Positions 59,701 to 64,000 of a stretch of DNA of 64,000 nucleotides are shown one piece after another; within the stretch, counting starts at the first letter, position 1, and each line of letters starts with the position of its first letter. The translations under genes and the position numbers were made by a program. Source of the DNA: Rebecca billardiae RCC1528 (taxonomy: Eukaryota; Protista; Haptophyta); contig OZ251225.1 in NCBI GenBank assembly GCA_965240325.2, positions 186,001 to 250,000 of the forward strand, read 5' to 3'. Below the pieces are notes generated by a model. That model was given only the letters and a program-made list of their open reading frames with translations, ran no database searches and was not told the origin of the DNA.

Positions 59701-62700
59701 AGGGCGCGCGCTCGGACAAGCCGCCGAGCGCCGCGCACGCGCCGTCGGCAGCGGGCAGCGCGCCCGCCGCGCCCGCCGCGGCGCCAGGGGCCGGCTGGGC
59801 CGCGGCCGCCCGCACCGCGCCGTCGCCGTCTGGCCGTGCGCCCTCCGCCGCGGCGTCGGCGGAGGCTGGCTGCGCGTCGAGCAGCGAGAGCCGCAGCGCC
59901 TCCGCCAGCTCCGCGTCCTCCTCCTCCTCGGCCTCACCCGGCTGCTGCGGCTGCGGCTGCTGCGGCTGCGGCTGCGGCTGCGGCTGCTGCGGCTGCTGCG
60001 GCTGCGGCGGCTGCTGCGGCGGCTGCGGCTGCTCAGCCTCCGGCCGCGCCCCCGCCGCCTCCTGCGCGTCCACCGCAGCTGCAACCGCGGCGGCGGCGGC
60101 GGCATCCTCGGCAGCTGCTGCGGCGTCAGCCTCCGCCACAGCCCGTGCCACCTCCGCTGCCTCGGCCGCTGCCTCCGCCTCCGCCGCCGCCGCGGCTTCG
60201 GCAGCAGCCACCGCCTCCGCTGCCGCTGCTGCCTCCGCCGCCTCGGCCGCCGCCTCGGCCTCCGCCGCTGCCGCAGCCTCCATCTCCGCCGCAGCGTCGG
60301 CCGCCGCCTCGGCCGCCGCCGCCGCCTCTGCCTCCGCCTCCGCCTCTGCCTCCGCCTCCGCCGCGGCCTCCGCCTCCGCCGCAGCGTTGGCCGCGGCCTC
60401 CGCCTCCGCCCCTGCCGTGGCCACCGCGGCTGCCTCGGCCGCCCAAGCAGCTCCAGCCGTCGCCACGGGCTCCGCCGCCGCCTCGGCCTCCGGGGCAGCC
60501 AGCGCATCGGCCGCCCCCCCGCCCGAGCCCTCGCCCACGCCCGCGTCTGCGCTGCTGCCCGCCGCAGACGCAGCCACGGCGGCCGCGGTCGACGACGACA
60601 CGTCCGCTGCCGCCGACAGGGTCGAGGGTGAGGCCGCGTCGATGTGGCTAGCGCGCCCCGCACCCTCGGCAGCGGCCAGCCGCTCGGCCTCGGGCGGGGC
60701 GAGCGCGCCGGCTGCGTCCGCCGCCGTCGCTGCGCCCGCCGCTGCCGCCGGGGCGCCCGCCGTGCCGCACTGCGCAGAGGCAGCGGCCGGGGCCGCCGTC
60801 GGCGCGGCCGCCTCCGCGGCCGCTGAGGGCGGCGCGTGCGGGGCGCCGCTCACGCCGAGCACACTGCGCGCGCGAGGGGCGGCAGCGCGGGCGCAGCGGC
60901 GCGCGCGCGCGCGCGCGCGCACGCATGCAGGGGGCGGCGGGTGAGCGCACGGACGCAGGCGCGCGGAGGGCGCGGCGCCGCCGCTGCCGGCGGGCGGCAG
61001 CGGGCGCGCGGCCGAGCGCGCGCGCGGAGCGCGCTGGCCGGCGGCCCGCGCGTTGCGGCGCGGCCCGCGGCGCGCGCGCATCGTGCCCGCCCGCGCCGCG
61101 GCGCGCGCGGCGCGCTGCGCGGCGCACCTGGCCAGGTAGCTCGCCTCCTCCTCCGCCGCCATCGTGATGGGCGCCCCGCCGGGCGTGCTGCGCCCCGTGC
61201 TGCGCCCGTCCTCAGACTCGTCCGTGGGGCACAGCAGCGCGCTGCAGTCCGGGGCGCTCCAGTCCGGGGAGTCCGGCTCGGCGGTCGGGCCCGCGGAGGG
61301 CGAGTCGGCGCGGGGTGCCGCGCACGCGGCTGCCGCGCGCACGCCGCCCCTCGACGGCGGCGGGAGGTGCTCCGCCGCGGCCGCACCGTCTGGACCATCC
61401 GGGCGGGTGGCGGCGCGCTCGGCGGCCGTGGCGGCGCCGCACGCCGCCGCATCCTCCGCCCGTGATGGCGCGGCTGCAGTGGGCACGGGCCCAGCGCTGG
61501 CGTCCGCGCGCGCCGCCGCGCGTTCAGGCGGCCTCGCCGCCGCATCCCCCGCCCATGATGGTGCGGCTGCCTGCTCGGCCTCCGCCTCCGGCTGTGTCGC
61601 GGCCTCGGCCGTGAAGCCGACCGCAGCGGGCGCGGCCTCTGCGCGCGGCGGCGACTCCGGCGCTGCGCGCGCCCCCTCGCCCCCCTCGGCCCACTCGCCG
61701 TCCTCCCAGAGCTCGGAGGGCGGCAGGTGCTCGGGCTCGAGGCCGCCTGAGCTCTCGTCACTGCTGCTGCCCCCGCTGCCGCCCTCCTCCTCCCCTCCGC
61801 CGCCGCCCGCTCCGCCGCCGTGCGCCTTGCCCGAGCTCGAGCGCAGGGCGGCGGCCCGAGGCGGCGGCGGCGGCGGCGAGGCGGCGTGAAGCGCGGGCGC
61901 GGCGGCCGAGTCGAGCGGGCGCTCCGAGGGCGGCTCCGCCTCTCGTCGCGCCGCGCCCGCGCGCTTGCCGACCTCGTCCGCCCCGCCGGCGCGCGCGCCC
62001 TGCGCCCCGCCCGCGGATGACGCGCCGCGCTTGGCCGCCGCCCGCGGTGCCGCGCCGTTGGGGAGCGAGGGGCCGTGCGGCGCGATGGGCGCAGCCGGCG
62101 GCGGCGCGGCTGGCAGCGCGGCGCCGATGGCGCGCGCCGATGCGCGCGGGCTGCCGCCGCTCTCCGCCTCGCTCCCTCCGCCCGCCGGCGGCGGCGGCGG
62201 CGGTGGCGGCGACGGCAGCGCAGCAGCGGCCGTCGGCGCCTCGGCTGCAGCCGCGGCCCTCGGCGGTGGCGGCGCGGGTGGCACGGCGGTGGTCGGCAGC
62301 GGCTTGGGCGGCAGCGGCAGCGGCGCGGCGCGCGGCGGCGCCGCCCACGCCGCCTCGCCCGCCTGCGCCTCAAGCGGCGCCAGCCTCGGCGGCGGCGGCG
62401 CCAGCTCCGTCTCCACCTGCAGCGCGCTCACAAGCTCCGCCTTCATCACCTTCACGCGCCGCAGCGAGCGGATGGCGCGTTGCTTGCCCACGATGTCGCC
62501 CCGCGCCTTGTGCACGCCGACGCTCTTGAGCTCGGCGTTGATCGCGAGCTTGAGCTGCGCCACGTACGCGTCCACGTCGAGCGCGCCGCACGCCACCAGC
62601 CCCTCGAGCGACCCCTTGCGCGCCTCGAGCGCGCGGCGGCGCGCGGCCGCCGCCTGTGTGCCGGCGTGCGCGTACACGCCTGCGCGCGCCTCGAGCTCGT

Positions 62701-63643
62701 CGAGCTCCCAGCTCAGCACGTCGAACGAGGCGATGCGCGCCGCGTACTCCTCGTCGTCCTCCTCCTCGTCGTCCGCGCGCGCGACCTGCGGCGCGGCGAG
62801 CGCCGGCGGCGGATCCTGCGGCTGCGCGGCCGGCGGCGGCGGCGGCGGCGCACGCGGGTGCGCGCGCGCGGACGGGTGCGACGGGTGCGCGCGCGGCGGC
62901 AGCGGCTCGGCAGCCGCGTCGGGCGGCGGCGGCGGCGGCGGCGGCGAGGGCTGCCCGCCTGCGCCCGGCCCCGACGCCTCCGCCGACCCCGGCTGCGCAT
63001 CGCGATGTCTGTCGGCAGCGGCCGCGCCGTGCGCGCCTTCACGCCTGCGCGCGCCAGGCGCAGAGCGCTCGCGCGTTTGCGCGTGCTCGGCGGCGTGCTC
63101 GCTCGGCTGATCCCATGGCTCGGCGGCCACGGCGTGCACTGCGCCGCGAGCGTCCATGTCGGCGTCGAGCTCTGCAGCCGTCGCCCCCGCCGCCTCCGCC
63201 GCCTCCGCCACCGCCCACGCGGCGGCCGTGCCACCGGCGTGCGAGCCGTCGCGCAGCCCGTCAGCGCGGCCGTCCGCCTCCTCGTCGCCCTCGCCGAGCG
63301 GCAGCGCCAGGATGGCGTCCGAGCGGTGGTCGAGCCGCGCGCGCGGCTCGCCGCCGCCCGCCGCGCCCACCGCCGGCTCGAGCGGCGGCAGCGGCGGCAC
63401 CGCCGAGCCGCCGCCCGCGGCCGGGCGCGCGCCGGGCGAGCACGGGCCAGAGCCCCCAGAGTCCCGCCGCGCGAACACGCGCAGTGCTGCCTGGATGGCG
63501 TCGAGGGTGGGCGGCGGCTCGGGCTCCGGCTCGGCAGGCGGCGGGCTGGGCACGCGCGCGGGCGCGGCGGGCGGCGGTGCGCGCGACGGCGGTGGCGGCG
63601 GCGGCGGTGGGTGCGCCGCCACGCCAGCATCGCCCCAGCTCCC

Positions 63644-63679
<36 letters not shown>

Positions 63680-64000
63680 GTGCGGTGTCGAGTGCGCGGG
63701 CAGCAGGTCTCCCAGCAGCTCGATCGGCGGCAGCGCGTGCGGCGGCGGTGGGTGGGCGGCCGGAGGGGGCGGCCCCGCGGGCGGCAGCAGGTCGGCGGAG
63801 GACGAGGCGCTCAGGCTGCCGTGTGCGCCGCTGAACGGCTCGGCGTGCGCGCGGCCGCAGCCCCCAGGAGGCAGCGGCGGCGGCGGCGCGTGGTGTGGCG
63901 GCGGGTAGCGCGCAGGGGTGGGCTGGGGCGGGTTCGGCGGCATGCCGTGCCGAGGGAGCAGCTCGGCAGGTGGCGAGGCGCGCGCCGCCAGCCCAGCCAG
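56089..64000 (-). CDS. Large endosomal adaptor-like protein: Pro-rich, UIM, UBA-like, RUN, PX, zinc ribbon, NPF; exons >64000-61128, 60863-59086, 58916-56089; 5' end probably outside the window
   Basis: UIM EEDAELAEALRLSL; UBA-like LTLLGY....SLDEALNLL; RUN LQLVLENGFK..FFDFV..RG|PLWLRLALNDGSL..FWYHEHA..L..FAF.L, restored by intron 59085-58917; PX YAVYKVQV..IFRRFSSF..QERRELLQRLL..VAFL; CPKC..VKCGVC. The frame is open to the window edge. Confidence 0.85.

Noticed and set aside
5440-61127. In-frame (3n) introns as a special retention mechanism
   Set aside because: 7 of the 22 inferred introns in this span are 3n, the chance expectation; lack of stops follows from GC content.
5239-63908. Many very long ORFs in the track (e.g. 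6203..12301 +, 36557..39718 +, 43493..46624 -, 55928..59002 +)
   Set aside because: They are antisense or off-frame shadows of real genes. At this GC content stop codons are rare, and the translations are Arg/Ala/Gly low-complexity with no motifs.

Overview
Gene-dense, extremely GC-rich eukaryotic DNA. Genes carry short GT-AG introns (typical donor GTGCG, acceptor GCGCAG, branch-like CTGAC/CTCAC). Bipartite signal+transit presequences and a flagellar-type SPATA4 gene suggest a flagellate alga with a complex plastid, most plausibly a haptophyte (inference). I can support about 17 genes: a homeobox gene missed by the ORF track (runs off the left edge), a giant coiled-coil protein, cytosolic-type AspRS with a targeting extension, a signal-peptide OTU protease, a tail-anchored FN3-repeat protein, V-ATPase subunit E, a small ubiquitin-like protein, a SMARCAL1-like SNF2 helicase, a bestrophin, an acylated multi-TM plus LRR protein, a GT4 glycosyltransferase, SCOC, a MYND-ARM protein, a small plastid-targeted protein, an AAAP amino-acid transporter, a GGQ ribosome-rescue factor, SPATA4, and a large UIM-UBA-RUN-PX-zinc ribbon protein (runs off the right edge). 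The lower-GC spacers hold three terminal-inverted-repeat elements. The clearest is a ~2.0 kb Mutator-like element with ~420 bp TIRs and a 9-10 bp target-site duplication, inserted about 30 bp upstream of the bestrophin start codon; its two ends carry sequence-different but structure-equivalent hairpins. Most long ORFs in the supplied track are GC-driven antisense or off-frame shadows. All domain calls are by-eye motif recognition, not database searches.
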